Shown here one piece after another: positions 7,831 to 16,526 of a stretch of DNA of 22,183 nucleotides (the stretch's first letter is position 1; the number at the start of each line of letters is the position of its first letter). Location: the NCBI GenBank assembly GCA_039802265.1, contig JBDRWI010000040.1:1-22183 (forward strand), in the 5' to 3' direction. The notes beneath the pieces are model-generated. The model searched no databases. It was given only the letters and a program-made list of their open reading frames with translations, and was not told the DNA's origin. A program made the translations under genes and the position numbers. Origin of the DNA: a candidate division WOR-3 bacterium (GTDB taxonomy: Bacteria; Hydrothermota; Tepidihabitantia; SM23-42; JAOAFX01).

Positions 7831-8949
7831 ATGAAAAAATCCATTAAAATTTTCTATAAAACCCATAATCATATCCTTCAGCTAAAAAACTTTATGAATA
7901 TCTTACTCTCACCGCTCCACAAAAACCCACTCAAGACCCTCCAATTGCTCACGGCAACTTTTGTTGACATCCGTAAACCAGTCCTGTGTGAATTGGCGCG
8001 CCAATTACCGGTTCCGGTTAAATTCAAGACTAATTTAAATAGACTCTGGCGTTTCTTTGCCAAAAGCAAATTTACACTTGAAGATGCTTACGCGGGTATC
8101 ATTCCTTATTTTCTGGAGTGGCTCAAAAGCCGAAAGTATTTAGAGATTCTTATTGATTGGACGAAAGTGGGTAATTACTCGGTACTTTATTTATCCTTGC
8201 CTTACCAGAAACGGGCGATTCCGCTTTTTTGGCGGGTGGTTGATTATCTGAACGATGAGCATTGGCAGAATCGGGTTGAGCGTGAGTGTCTTGGGGTATT
8301 TATTAGTTTGGTGCCGCAGTATTTATGGAGGCAGATTGTGATTGTAGCGGACCGTGGTTTTGGGAAGGTAGAATTTATTAAGTTTTTGAAGGGTTTGGGT
8401 GTTAGTTTTGTGATTCGTGTGAAGGGTGATGTTTGGGTTAAGTATGGTAGATTTTCTGGCTGTATAAAGGGCATGCGTTTAGGGAAGAATGAAACAATGT
8501 GGTGGCAGGAGGTTTTGTATCATAAGGTGGTGCAGGAGCGGATAAATCTTGTTTTGAGATATGATTCAAATGATCCCTGGTATTTGGTAACTGATTTGGC
8601 TGATAGTGAGGAGGTGATAGTGATTTATGGGCATCGGATGCGGATTGAGGAGAGTTTTCGTGATTTCAAGAATGAGAGATGTTTTTCGTTAAGGGCGGCT
8701 GGTTTAAAGGGTGTTGTTAAGATGGAAAAGTTGATTTTAGTGGCTGTGGTTGCGTATATGTTTGTGATTCTTTTGGGTGCGGTTAGTGAACGGATAAAGG
8801 AGTTTATTGATTTGGTTTCTATGGTTAAAAAGGGTAAAAAGAAATTGTTAAGCAGTTTCCGATTGGGTTTAGAATTATTGAATAAGCTGGATTTATCCAA
8901 ATACCCGTGGCTTTTTCATTTCAAAAAATTATGCCCAACCGAATCTTAA
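7831..8949 (+). CDS. IS4-family DDE transposase
   Basis: ILIDWT, IVADRGFG, and YGHRMRIEESFRDFK (YREK signature). ATG 7831 is preferred over TTG 7786 because of GGAGG at 7820-7824 and TTGATT-16-TAAAAT at 7786-7813. Confidence 0.93.
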   Translation: MKKSIKIFYKTHNHILQLKNFMNILLSPLHKNPLKTLQLLTATFVDIRKPVLCELARQLPVPVKFKTNLNRLWRFFAKSKFTLEDAYAGIIPYFLEWLKSRKYLEILIDWTKVGNYSVLYLSLPYQKRAIPLFWRVVDYLNDEHWQNRVERECLGVFISLVPQYLWRQIVIVADRGFGKVEFIKFLKGLGVSFVIRVKGDVWVKYGRFSGCIKGMRLGKNETMWWQEVLYHKVVQERINLVLRYDSNDPWYLVTDLADSEEVIVIYGHRMRIEESFRDFKNERCFSLRAAGLKGVVKMEKLILVAVVAYMFVILLGAVSERIKEFIDLVSMVKKGKKKLLSSFRLGLELLNKLDLSKYPWLFHFKKLCPTES

Positions 8950-8979
8950 AAAGTAAGGAGATCTCAGCAATCATAAAAC

Positions 8980-9008
8980 TTGACAATTAAGTAAATTTTC
9001 GGTATACT
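8980..9008 (+). promoter_or_regulatory. Sigma70-type promoter of tatA
   Basis: TTGACA, 17-nt spacer, TATACT, followed by SD AAGGAGG. Confidence 0.8.
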
Positions 9009-9027
9009 TGTCTCAAGGAGGCCTTAA

Positions 9028-9213
9028 ATGAATTTAGGCTGGCAAGAAATACTACTGATATTGCTGATCGTGCTTCTTCTCTTTGGTGCGCGCAAGATTC
9101 CAGAACTCGCACGGAGTATGGGTAAAGGAATCCGGGAATTTAAAAAAGGTCTGCATGATATAGAAAGTTCCGAAGAGGAAGAGAAAGATAAGAAGGAAGA
9201 AAAACAAAATTGA
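9028..9213 (+). CDS. tatA: Twin-arginine translocase TatA/TatE subunit
   Basis: GWQEILLIL...[24 protein letters not shown] with a charged tail. Confidence 0.95.
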   Translation: MNLGWQEILLILLIVLLLFGARKIPELARSMGKGIREFKKGLHDIESSEEEEKDKKEEKQN

Positions 9214-9260
9214 AAATAAGTAACCAGCGTCTAAACCTTTTGACTATAAACTATCTTCAG

Positions 9261-9350
9261 GGAGAGGTGTCCGAGTGGCCCAAGGAGCACGACTGGAAAT
9301 CGTGTTTCCGCTTAAAAAGCGGAACGCGGGTTCAAATCCCGCCCTCTCCG
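9261..9350 (+). tRNA. tRNA-Ser(GGA)
   Basis: Acceptor GGAGAGG/CCTCTCC, anticodon arm CACGA-CTGGAAA-TCGTG, long variable arm TTCCGC/GCGGAA, T-loop GGTTCAAATCC, G73; CCA not encoded. Confidence 0.97.
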
Positions 9351-9389
9351 GATAAAATATTAAGATTTTAAATTTAGGAAAGGAGAAAT

Positions 9390-10118
9390 ATGTATTATAA
9401 TGGAACAAAGGTATTTTTGCTTTCTTTTATTGTCTCCTTAATTACATCGGTTGTCGTGTGTGTTATATTCCTCTTTCTTTTACCATTGGGTAAGTCAGGG
9501 GAAGTGGTGATTCCTGACCTTACTGGCTCAACAGCAGAACAGGCCCGGGTAATTGCTGAAAATCGCGGTCTGTTGCTGGTTGTCGCTGGTGAAGAGGAAA
9601 GTGAGAAATTTGCCGAAAATCAAATCTGCCGACAGACGCCCCTACCTGGTTCCATTGTCCGCAGTAAGTCCACAATCACAGTGTTCATTTCAAAAGGTTC
9701 AAATATAGTTATAGTCCCGGATTTAAAAGGCCAGGGGTTGAGTGAGGCAACAGCCAGGCTTTCTGCCCTGGGTCTCAAACTTGGCGAGACCAGGTTTGAA
9801 GAAAATCCCGCTGTTGAGAAAGACAAGATTGTTTCAACAATCCCGCCCGCCGGTTCAAGTATCAAGAAAGGCGAAGCAGTAACTGTGGTATTGAGTCAGG
9901 GAGTTGAAGTTGTTGAAGTTCCCAGGGTTATTGGTCGTGCATTATCTACCGCAAAGCGAATCATTGAAGAAAAAGGGTTCGCGGTAGGGGATATCTCTTA
10001 CGAAGTGAGCACCGAGTTTGATGTGGGAATTGTTATGAACCAGAACCCCCGGGCAGGAACAAAGGCAAAAAAGGGCACAAAAATTGACTTAATCGTTGCC
10101 ACGGTCCTTGAAGAATGA
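9390..10118 (+). CDS. Membrane-anchored PASTA-domain protein (3 PASTA repeats, no kinase)
   Basis: N-terminal TM; IPDLTG, VPDLKG and VPRVIG repeats with Q.P.PG...V..SKG; SD AAGGAG. Confidence 0.9.
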   Translation: MYYNGTKVFLLSFIVSLITSVVVCVIFLFLLPLGKSGEVVIPDLTGSTAEQARVIAENRGLLLVVAGEEESEKFAENQICRQTPLPGSIVRSKSTITVFISKGSNIVIVPDLKGQGLSEATARLSALGLKLGETRFEENPAVEKDKIVSTIPPAGSSIKKGEAVTVVLSQGVEVVEVPRVIGRALSTAKRIIEEKGFAVGDISYEVSTEFDVGIVMNQNPRAGTKAKKGTKIDLIVATVLEE

Positions 10119-10819
10119 AGCGCCCATTCGTTTATATAATTTTTATTCTATTATTTTTTGTTGCTGGAATATTAATTGCGAATTTTATCTTAATGCCGGC
10201 ACTGGTGCGTACCGGTGAGGAGATAACTGTTCCCAATGTATGTAATCTTCCCCTTGATTCAGCAGTCGCGATACTCAAAGGTGTTGGGCTGCAGGGAGTA
10301 GTTACCGAAAGGCGATACGATAGAATTATTGAAGAGAATAGAATAATAATTCAGGAACCACTTCCTGATACAAAGGTGAAAAAGGGAAGGATTATTAATC
10401 TTGTAGTAAGCCTTGGTGTAGAAACCGTGGCCATTCCTGACCTCTCCGGTATTGAATATGAAAAGGGAAGGCAGATAATTGAAAGGATCGGTCTGGTCAT
10501 CGGTAGGGTGGACTCCCTAATCTCGGACTCAATTCCGCCGGACCGGATTATTAAGACAATCCCGGGTCCAGAAATTGAGGTGAAGCGAGGTGACGAGGTC
10601 AATATTGTTATAAGTAAAGGAAAGAGCCTAAGGATGCCCAATCTCTTAGGAATGAAAATTTCCGCGGCAGAGGAAGTCTTAAAAACGATGAATCTCAATA
10701 TTAGAGAAGTTATTGAGAGCGAGGGGAGCGGAGAAAAGGGAACTGTTATTGTTCAGAATCCCGAACCGGATCAAGCGGTAAATCCCGGAGACTCAGTAAG
10801 CCTTATTATCATCAAGTGA
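10115..10819 (+). CDS. Membrane-anchored PASTA-domain protein (3 PASTA repeats, no kinase)
   Basis: N-terminal TM; VPNVCN, IPDLSG and MPNLLG repeats; ATGA overlap with the previous gene. Confidence 0.9.
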   Translation: MKRPFVYIIFILLFFVAGILIANFILMPALVRTGEEITVPNVCNLPLDSAVAILKGVGLQGVVTERRYDRIIEENRIIIQEPLPDTKVKKGRIINLVVSLGVETVAIPDLSGIEYEKGRQIIERIGLVIGRVDSLISDSIPPDRIIKTIPGPEIEVKRGDEVNIVISKGKSLRMPNLLGMKISAAEEVLKTMNLNIREVIESEGSGEKGTVIVQNPEPDQAVNPGDSVSLIIIK

Positions 10820-11466
10820 AGATTGCCCCTTCCATCATTGCTGCTGACTTTACCCGGTTGAGTTATGAATTGCGAAAGGTTGAAAGGGCCGGTGCCGATC
10901 TCATCCATCTTGACATTATGGATGGCGTATTTGTTCCCAATATTACCTTTGGGCCAATGCTTGTTAAAGCAATAGATAAAATGACCAAACTTGACCTCGA
11001 TGCCCACCTTATGATTGTCAATCCTGAGAAATATTTTGACCGATTCATTGAAAGTGGCGCAGACTGGATCTCCTTCCATGTTGAAACGGTTAAGGATGTA
11101 AAAAAAAGTATAAGCTTTTTGAAAAGTAAAAAATGTCTGGCAGGTGTCGCAATCAATCCTGAAACACCATTAAAAAAAGTTCTAAATTTTCTTGAATATC
11201 TTGATTATTTATTGATAATGACTGTCCACCCGGGTTTTTATGGTCAGAAATTTATTCCTGAAATATTGAAAAAGATTGAACAGGCAAGGAAATTTATTGA
11301 CCAGAATAGGCTGAAATGCCTGATTCAGGTTGATGGTGGAGTTAATGGCGAAAATGCCTGTATCATTGCCCGCGCTGGTGCTGATATTCTCGTTGCCGGT
11401 GCCGGGATCTTTATGACCGGAAACTATAAAAGGGCAATAAAAAATCTACGATGTTTGAAAGTTTAA
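10816..11466 (+). CDS. rpe: Ribulose-phosphate 3-epimerase
   Basis: IAPSIIAADF, HLDIMDGVFVPNITFG, DAHLM, MTVHPGFYGQKF, VDGGVN. Confidence 0.97.
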   Translation: MKIAPSIIAADFTRLSYELRKVERAGADLIHLDIMDGVFVPNITFGPMLVKAIDKMTKLDLDAHLMIVNPEKYFDRFIESGADWISFHVETVKDVKKSISFLKSKKCLAGVAINPETPLKKVLNFLEYLDYLLIMTVHPGFYGQKFIPEILKKIEQARKFIDQNRLKCLIQVDGGVNGENACIIARAGADILVAGAGIFMTGNYKRAIKNLRCLKV

Positions 11467-12740
11467 TTGACCGATTTCAAATTCTCAAGCGTAAGATTTT
11501 AGGTTATGGTAGAATCACCAAAACTGAACTTGATACTATCTTAAGGGATATAAGGATCGTCCTTCTTGAAGCTGATGTCCACTATCTTGTAGTAAAAGAA
11601 TTTATTGATAAACTACAAAAGCGAGCTGAGTCAGCCCAGCTTTTGAAAAGTCTAAACCCGGGCGAGTTAGTTCTAAAACTTGTTTATGAGGAACTCGTTG
11701 TCTTGCTGGGGAAAGTTCCGCACCAGTTAAATTTGAAGGGTGGCGAGACTACAATTTTGACACTTTACGGCTTACAGGGTGTTGGTAAGACTACAACTGC
11801 AGCAAAGATTGCATTTAGATATAAGAAAGCGAATCCCTTGCTTGTTCCAGCTGATGCGAAAAGACCGGCAGCCGTAGAGCAACTTTTCCAGCTGGCAGAA
11901 AGAAACAATATACCCGTTTTTCCACTGCAAGACAATAACCCAATCCTGACGACAAAAACGGCAAAGGAATTCGCCCGCAAAAATGGTCATAACCTTTTGA
12001 TCATTGATACTGCAGGTAGACTACATATTGACGATGAGCTAATTGATGAATTGAATGAAATCAACAAAGTAACGATACCCAACTACCGACTTCTGGTTGC
12101 AGATGGTATGACCGGTCAGGATGCAGTAAGTCAGGCAAGGACATTTAAAGACAAGGTCGGTCTTGATGGTGCGATTCTTACCAAGATGGATGGTGATGCC
12201 CGTGGGGGTGCTGCCCTCTCCATTACCTATACCACCGGGGTGCCAATATTCTTCATCGGTACTGGCGAATATATTGATGGGCTTGAAGAATTCTATCCGG
12301 ACCGTATTGCCCAGCGGATTTTAGGAATGGGTGATGTGGTAAGTCTTGTAGAAAAGGTAAAGACCGTTGAAAAGGAATTTGATCAGGCAAGACTAAAGAA
12401 AAAGATTGCCCGGGGCGAATTAAATCTTGAAGATTTTATGGAACAGATGCGGGCAGTAAAGAAATTAGGTCCCATTTCTAAACTTGCCGGTATGCTACCG
12501 GGTGTGAAAGAGGTAGACATAAATGAAAAAGAGCTAAAAAAGATTGAGGCAATAATAAATTCAATGACAAAAGAAGAACGCCAGCATCCTGAGATAATAG
12601 ATGGTTCAAGGAGGCGCCGAATTGCCTCGGGCAGTGGCACAAACGTTGCCGAGGTAAATCAATTGTTGAAACAATTCTTCTATGCCCGGGATCTACTAAA
12701 AAAGATGTCCCAGGGAAAGATGCCCTTTAAGTTAAAATGA
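11451..12740 (+). CDS. ffh: Signal recognition particle protein Ffh
   Basis: LLEADV, GLQGVGKTTT, DTAGR, TKMDGDARGGAALS, RILGMGD, AIINSMTKEER, SRRRRIASGSG. Confidence 0.98.
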   Translation: MFESLIDRFQILKRKILGYGRITKTELDTILRDIRIVLLEADVHYLVVKEFIDKLQKRAESAQLLKSLNPGELVLKLVYEELVVLLGKVPHQLNLKGGETTILTLYGLQGVGKTTTAAKIAFRYKKANPLLVPADAKRPAAVEQLFQLAERNNIPVFPLQDNNPILTTKTAKEFARKNGHNLLIIDTAGRLHIDDELIDELNEINKVTIPNYRLLVADGMTGQDAVSQARTFKDKVGLDGAILTKMDGDARGGAALSITYTTGVPIFFIGTGEYIDGLEEFYPDRIAQRILGMGDVVSLVEKVKTVEKEFDQARLKKKIARGELNLEDFMEQMRAVKKLGPISKLAGMLPGVKEVDINEKELKKIEAIINSMTKEERQHPEIIDGSRRRRIASGSGTNVAEVNQLLKQFFYARDLLKKMSQGKMPFKLK

Positions 12741-13138
12741 GACCTTACCAAAAGAAACCAAGAAGATGCTTAGTGGCTTACAATATCCCCGGGATTAAGA
12801 AGCACGACTCTTTGAAGGTGGGTCTTCATCCTTAATTAATATCGATAAACCCATCTTTGTCACTTGATAACTAAAATGAAGCAGGGGCATCATTCAAGGT
12901 TCTTACCGTAATTTTGTATCCGCCAAGGCTTTCGGAAAGTTTTTGTTTACCTCCAATATCAAACTCATTGAATTTCTCCGGTGATAAAATGGTTAAATAG
13001 ATCGGTAAATACTACTGATTCATTACGTTTTTGATGCGATAATGGATGGAATAAAAACAGGCAACCGGGGATAAATTCTTATAGCCCCGGGGTTATCGAT
13101 ATCTTAAAAGAGTCCGAATCCCTTAGGGTCAATATCAA

Positions 13139-13166
13139 TTGACTAAAAATTGAAACTGGGTATAAT
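13139..13166 (+). promoter_or_regulatory. Sigma70-type promoter of the hydrolase gene
   Basis: TTGACT, 16-nt spacer, TATAAT; ATG follows after 5 nt. Confidence 0.75.
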
Positions 13167-13171
13167 AGCTT

Positions 13172-15733
13172 ATGAGCCTCGTTTTGCTAATGCTTATTTT
13201 ATCGCAACCGCTTGCTTCGGCATTAAATGATACAATTATCATAAAAGAGTGGTGGTATCTGGGTCCATTTTCTATCGGTCCCCGTGAAGGAATTACTGGT
13301 TTAGATTTTGATTTTTCCGACGAAAATTTTCAGCCGGACACCACCGCCCGTTATCCAAGTTTTTTGGTGTCGGAGGGATTTGTTAAATGGAAAAAGATAA
13401 AAACTGACGATGCCCGTGTTTCGATTGAATATGAAGATTTATTATGGGATACAATTAAGAATTATTACGGGGTAGCGGGATTGCTGTGTGCAGGTATAGT
13501 CTATGGTGAATTTGAATCTTCAGAAAGGGTGCGCGGCCTTGTTAATGCCCGAGAAGTAGGTTCCTTTATCTTGAATGGCAGGACCTATCCCGGGGATATA
13601 TATGGAGATGGTTATATTCAAACTCCAGTTATTTTAAATAAAGGTAAGAATAAAGTTATCTTAAGACCAAGTGGATACGGTGAAAATACATTCTCTTTTA
13701 AGATTTTCACCAACCCTGAACCGGTAATTATTGTCAAAGATATTACATTACCGGATTTTATCAAAGGTGATAACTACTCAGGCTATATCGGTATTCCAAT
13801 TATGAATACCACCGAAGATATAATTGAGAATATAAGGATTGAAGTTACAGGAGATAATATACTCAGGGCAGAAAAGAGGATCTCAAGACTTGAACCATTT
13901 TCATTAATAAAGGTTCCCCTTTCACTAATCGGTCAGGTCGCAAATACTGATAGTGTGCTGATAAGAATTTTTGTAATGTATAATTCCATTGTCACCTGTG
14001 ATTCCTGCTGGATAAAAGTAAGAAATTCTAATGAACCTTATGTGAAAACTTTTATCTCAAGAATTGATAACTCCTGCCAGTATTATGCAGTTCTTCCCCC
14101 AAAAGACTACAACGCCGATTCTACCTATGCCCTCATTATGTCCTGCCATGGCGCCGGGGTTGAGGCGATAAACCAGGTGAAATCATATTCACAAAAAGAC
14201 TGGGCCTATGTTGTTGCCCCGACAAACCGCAGGAGATTCGGCTTTGACTGGCAGGACTGGGGAAGACTTGATTTCCTTGAGGTCCTTGAGGACGTCCAAA
14301 AAAATTTTAAGATTGACCCGCATAGGATCTATCTCACCGGTCATTCAATGGGTGGCCATGGTGTCTGGCATATAGGTTTATCCCATCCTGATTTGTTTGC
14401 GGCGCTTGCCCCGAGTGCTGGCTGGACGAGTTTTCCATTGTATATTCCTTGGTTTTTGCAGAGAAGTGAAATCTTTGCTGAGCCTGAACAGATAAAATAT
14501 CGGGATATGGTTCTGAGAGAAGATATTACACCAGTTTTTTTAGAAAACGCACTAAATTTGCCTATTTATATTCTACATGGTGGAGCCGATGATAATGTTC
14601 CGCCGATTCAAGGACGGATGATGGCACAGTATTTGAAAGAACTCGGCTACGATTTTGTGTATAATGAAGTCGGAGGCAAAGGACACTGGTGGGATATTGA
14701 TTCAACCCCAGGTGTTGATTGTGTTGATTTAAAAGAGATGATGGATTTTCTGAAAAGTAAAAAGAGAAATCCTTATCCGCAAAAGATCCTATTCAAAACC
14801 ACCGACATAGCCCATTCAGATAAGGCATACTGGATAAGGATTGATGAACTGGAAGATATTTATCAGGATGGTATGGTTGAAGCAATGGTAGATACAAACT
14901 ATGAAATAAGGGAATTTTTTGGAAAAAATCGGCCATTATTTTTTTACTACAAAATTGAGACGAGAAACATTAAAAAATTTTCAGTGTTTATGAGAATAAC
15001 CGGGAGGAAGCCTGATTATTTAATTTTTGAAATAAACGGAAATAGAGTGGGTAAACTTAGGTTTAAAGGTCAGGAAACTGTCTGTTTTCATAAAGATGGA
15101 GAATTATTCAAAATTATAAATCTCCCCAAAAGAGACAATAAAAAAACAAGAGATTTACACGGTCCAATCAAGCAGGCATATTTCAGTCCATTTATCCTGG
15201 TCTACGGTACAATTGGTGATTCAGTTGATACTGAAAACAATCTCCACCAAGCAAGGTTGCAGAGTTATACCTGGTGGATAAGGGCAAATGGCTACACTGA
15301 AATCATACCCGACACCGAAGTAACTGAAGAACATATGGGAAAATTCAATCTCATATTATTTGGTAATTCTCAAACAAATGCCATCATAAAAAAAATAAAT
15401 AATAAACTACCAATAAATTTCAAACAAATCGGCCTCAACGAAGATTATATTGCAATAAAAAAGAAAAACCTAAAACAAAAGGACCTATGTCTGATTGAAA
15501 TCTATCCAAATCCCTTGAATCCAGAAAAATTTGTATTATTATATTCGGCAACAACAAAAAAGGCACAGAGTTATCTTGGTCTGTTTTCTCCAATCTATTC
15601 TGGTTCCGGTCTGCCCGATTTTATAATCTGGAACAGATCGGCAACAAGGTACGGCTGGGGTGGCATTGTCTCCGCGGGTTTCTTTGACAAACATTGGCAG
15701 ATTGAAAGAAATCTTATGTATCTGGAAGATTGA
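13172..15733 (+). CDS. Secreted multidomain alpha/beta-fold serine hydrolase (S9 peptidase/esterase-like)
   Basis: Signal-peptide-like N-terminus, CHGAG, GHSMGG nucleophile, HGGADDNVP (Asp) and GKGHWW (His); 853 aa. Confidence 0.85.
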   Translation: MSLVLLMLILSQPLASALNDTIIIKEWWYLGPFSIGPREGITGLDFDFSDENFQPDTTARYPSFLVSEGFVKWKKIKTDDARVSIEYEDLLWDTIKNYYGVAGLLCAGIVYGEFESSERVRGLVNAREVGSFILNGRTYPGDIYGDGYIQTPVILNKGKNKVILRPSGYGENTFSFKIFTNPEPVIIVKDITLPDFIKGDNYSGYIGIPIMNTTEDIIENIRIEVTGDNILRAEKRISRLEPFSLIKVPLSLIGQVANTDSVLIRIFVMYNSIVTCDSCWIKVRNSNEPYVKTFISRIDNSCQYYAVLPPKDYNADSTYALIMSCHGAGVEAINQVKSYSQKDWAYVVAPTNRRRFGFDWQDWGRLDFLEVLEDVQKNFKIDPHRIYLTGHSMGGHGVWHIGLSHPDLFAALAPSAGWTSFPLYIPWFLQRSEIFAEPEQIKYRDMVLREDITPVFLENALNLPIYILHGGADDNVPPIQGRMMAQYLKELGYDFVYNEVGGKGHWWDIDSTPGVDCVDLKEMMDFLKSKKRNPYPQKILFKTTDIAHSDKAYWIRIDELEDIYQDGMVEAMVDTNYEIREFFGKNRPLFFYYKIETRNIKKFSVFMRITGRKPDYLIFEINGNRVGKLRFKGQETVCFHKDGELFKIINLPKRDNKKTRDLHGPIKQAYFSPFILVYGTIGDSVDTENNLHQARLQSYTWWIRANGYTEIIPDTEVTEEHMGKFNLILFGNSQTNAIIKKINNKLPINFKQIGLNEDYIAIKKKNLKQKDLCLIEIYPNPLNPEKFVLLYSATTKKAQSYLGLFSPIYSGSGLPDFIIWNRSATRYGWGGIVSAGFFDKHWQIERNLMYLED

Positions 15734-16526
15734 AGACTATTGAAAATTGATGGGCAAGAGAGAATTTAGTCCAGACAAAAGAATAACCAATTTCATATTC
15801 TTCAAGTTTGATTAGTATTCCTCCCGAAAGATTCAAATCAGCGGTGCTAAAATTTTTAACTTCCGGTAGTGGCGCAGTATATTTTATTCCAGTGAAGATC
15901 TTAATGTTTTGATACCAGTATAATAGACCACCCTTCAGTTCAATCTCTGGCGCCTTTACCTCAAGGAAAAGGTCAAAACTGTCGGTTAGGGTAAATCTTA
16001 TTCCATTTACTATTGAGATGGGAGTTGACTGATGGTAGGTAAATTCTCTACCAAAATTGTCAATCTTGGATCCAATCAAAAATCTGTCCGATTTGAAATA
16101 AGAGCCAATCCCCCCGCAAAGGGCAAATAGTGACACCGAATCAATCCTCTCCTGAAAAACTTTGATATCAAATCCGAAAGAGCCAATCCTTATTGCCCCG
16201 GCGACTGTCAGGTCGTACGGTGCGAATCTATTCGTTGGAATTCCAAATTCATCATAACCTTGGATAATTCCGTAATTAAGATAATTTAATCCGAAAGAAT
16301 AATTTTTATATGTTCCTCCCAGACCTGCAAGATTTGTATTATAAAACCAGCGACTCAGAGTAAAATTAATTTTGGTTTCTTGCATTAATGCCGGGTTGTG
16401 AAATACCGCAAGTCCTTCATCTACGATACTTACTACACCACCGAGTCCAGAAGACATGACACCGGACGGTAACTCCAGAAAGTAACAGGAATTGACGGAA
16501 AAGATTAGATACAAAAATAGATTCAT
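15714..16526 (-). CDS. PorV/UPF0164-like outer-membrane beta-barrel protein
   Basis: FLELP.G..S.GLGG....A.FHNPA N-terminal motif, YLNYG.I.GYDE.G, GYSF....AHQFSI. Start 16526 gives an ATGA overlap with the upstream stop. Confidence 0.7.
   Translation of the reverse strand: MNLFLYLIFSVNSCYFLELPSGVMSSGLGGVVSIVDEGLAVFHNPALMQETKINFTLSRWFYNTNLAGLGGTYKNYSFGLNYLNYGIIQGYDEFGIPTNRFAPYDLTVAGAIRIGSFGFDIKVFQERIDSVSLFALCGGIGSYFKSDRFLIGSKIDNFGREFTYHQSTPISIVNGIRFTLTDSFDLFLEVKAPEIELKGGLLYWYQNIKIFTGIKYTAPLPEVKNFSTADLNLSGGILIKLEEYEIGYSFVWTKFSLAHQFSIVFNLPDT

Larger units (their letters stand above)
7708..8967 (+). mobile_element. IS4-family insertion sequence, 1260 bp
   Basis: TIRs CTGAGTACTCCTCACTTTTT (7708-7727) and reverse complement of 8948-8967 CTGAGATCTCCTTACTTTTT match at 17/20; CTGA ends as in IS10/IS50; single DDE transposase. 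Confidence 0.9.

Noticed and set aside
8200..8900. Strong G+T skew in the transposase 3' part
   Set aside because: Visible by eye but not quantified; the ORF is continuous with all DDE motifs, so it is not evidence of a separate element.
9261..9350. tRNA-Ser or tRNA-Ala as an integration (att) site
   Set aside because: No duplicated tRNA 3' end and no integrase seen in the window.
12741..13130. SRP RNA, tmRNA, RNase P RNA or group II intron next to ffh; also a ~45-codon open stretch on the minus strand (~12871-13010)
   Set aside because: The SRP helix-8, GAGGAAAGUCC, tRNA-like end and domain V motifs were not found; the open stretch has no plausible start codon near its 5' end.
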